Shown piece after piece: positions 62,696 to 64,000 of a DNA stretch of 64,000 nucleotides. The DNA comes from Adineta vaga (lineage: Eukaryota > Animalia > Rotifera). Every line of letters starts with the position of its first letter. The stretch's first letter is position 1. Position numbers and translations under genes: made by a program. The stretch is from assembly GCA_021613535.1 (NCBI GenBank), contig CP075494.1:16306001-16370000 (forward strand), written 5' to 3'. The notes beneath the pieces are model-generated. The model did not search any database. It was not told the DNA's origin and saw only the letters and a program-made list of their open reading frames with translations.

Positions 62696-63710
62696 TTATT
62701 CATCAAAATCATCTTTAATTTCATCATCAATTCCAAACTGATCTCCTGGAATAATAATTTGATCTAAAAAAGCTAATTGTTCAAGTTGATCAAGAAATTC
62801 TTTTCTTTGTTCATTTGTTGAATTTTCCTCCTTATTTGATAAAAATAAAGAAAATTGATTTTGAAATTGTTCTGATGAAATTAAATTAATAAATGATAAT
62901 GGAAATAAATGATTTAATTGATCAGATAATTCATAAATATGTTCACCAATATATTTTGCACGTTTAAGTCGTTTTCTAATTCGTTCAGTTTTTAATTGTC
63001 TCATTGTATATTCATATTGTAATGTTCGAATACGACATGATGAGAAATTTTCAACTTGACGACGATATTCTAATGAGAAGAAAAAGAATCAAAAGAAATA
63101 CAAATGAAGAAATTTGTTTTACCATCCCAAAATTCACGATTTTTTTGTAATTGTGCATCTCTCCATTGATCTAATTCTTTTTCTGTATTTTCAATTGCTT
63201 TTAATCTTTGTTCAACTTCATAAGCTAATGATTCTAAATCTTGTAAAACTTTTTGAGCATTTATATGACGTTTTTCTACACAATTATCACATAAATATGA
63301 CACCATTGTTGCTTCTGTTGTTGTTTGTTGAGATTTGATTTGACGTTTAACAGTTGAATCAACAATTGAACAATCATCACATTCATAAATAGCATCAATT
63401 TCATCAATTAATTCATAGAGAAGATTTGAAATTTCTTCAGAAATATTTTCATCAACCATTATATTTATCTAAAAGGAATTTTTTTAATGATAAGAAACAT
63501 TCGTGAATAAAAACAATAAATACTATGAGAAAGATAAACAGACAAAAAAAGAGAAGAAATTCTTCAAATTATCAATTATATTGATGTTCGTTTTCCTTGG
63601 TGATATATAGAATATATTTTGGCTATTGATATTCATTAAGAATATGTGATGGAAAAAACAAGAAATTCATTATTGAAGTTGAAGGATGATAAGATGTAGA
63701 ATTTAACTAT
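62696..63710 (-). CDS. Multi-exon coiled-coil protein with CxxC pairs, partial model
   Basis: ORFs 63070-63459 and 62696-63004 are joined by a short GT-AG intron (~63070-63122). CDDC/CDNC..H, then coiled coil. Both ends uncertain. Confidence 0.6.
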
Positions 63711-64000
63711 AATAAAGTTATCAAAATGATTCATTCAATTAAAAATAAAATCAAAGAAATCGTTCTCTTTTTTTTGATAAAATTCTTCTTACTTCTTTTA
63801 TTAAATCAATAAATTGTTTATTTTCTTTATTGAACTAATTTCGCAATGTTTAACATCACGGAATAGGAAATATTCTCTTCGTCAATCGTTTCACGGTCAT
63901 GTTTATCACCAACTCAATGAAATTTTGCAACAGGATCAACTTTTGTTTTAACATCACTTACTATTTTATTTAATAACGATTGATGCGAACTTCATCATGA

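Overview
AT-rich eukaryotic DNA with many short (~50-60 nt) GT-AG introns. The gene content and TGTGGG/TGAGGG repeats point to a bdelloid rotifer (inference). Genes: two secreted kelch-repeat proteins, an Ig/LDLa surface protein, an R-S-E ADP-ribosyltransferase, a PDZ-macro-macro-PARP, an anti-LPS-factor-like peptide, two orphan GPCRs (one frameshifted), F-box/LRR genes, a bacterial-type double-domain aspartyl protease, and other intronless HGT candidates. A U6 snRNA lies downstream of a complete tRNA-like cloverleaf. Mobile DNA is dense: a full-length RTE LINE with TSD, an apparently intact intron-containing MULE, a Kolobok-like element and a Helitron both inserted in one FG-GAP gene, plus several MITEs and small Helitrons. 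The most unusual signal is roughly 25 short hairpin elements with telomere-like arms (TCTTGAGGGTGTGGG...CCCACACCCTCAAGA). Many lie just after stop codons or at gene truncation points, and a pair brackets a duplicated segment. All family calls come from motif recognition by eye; no searches were run.
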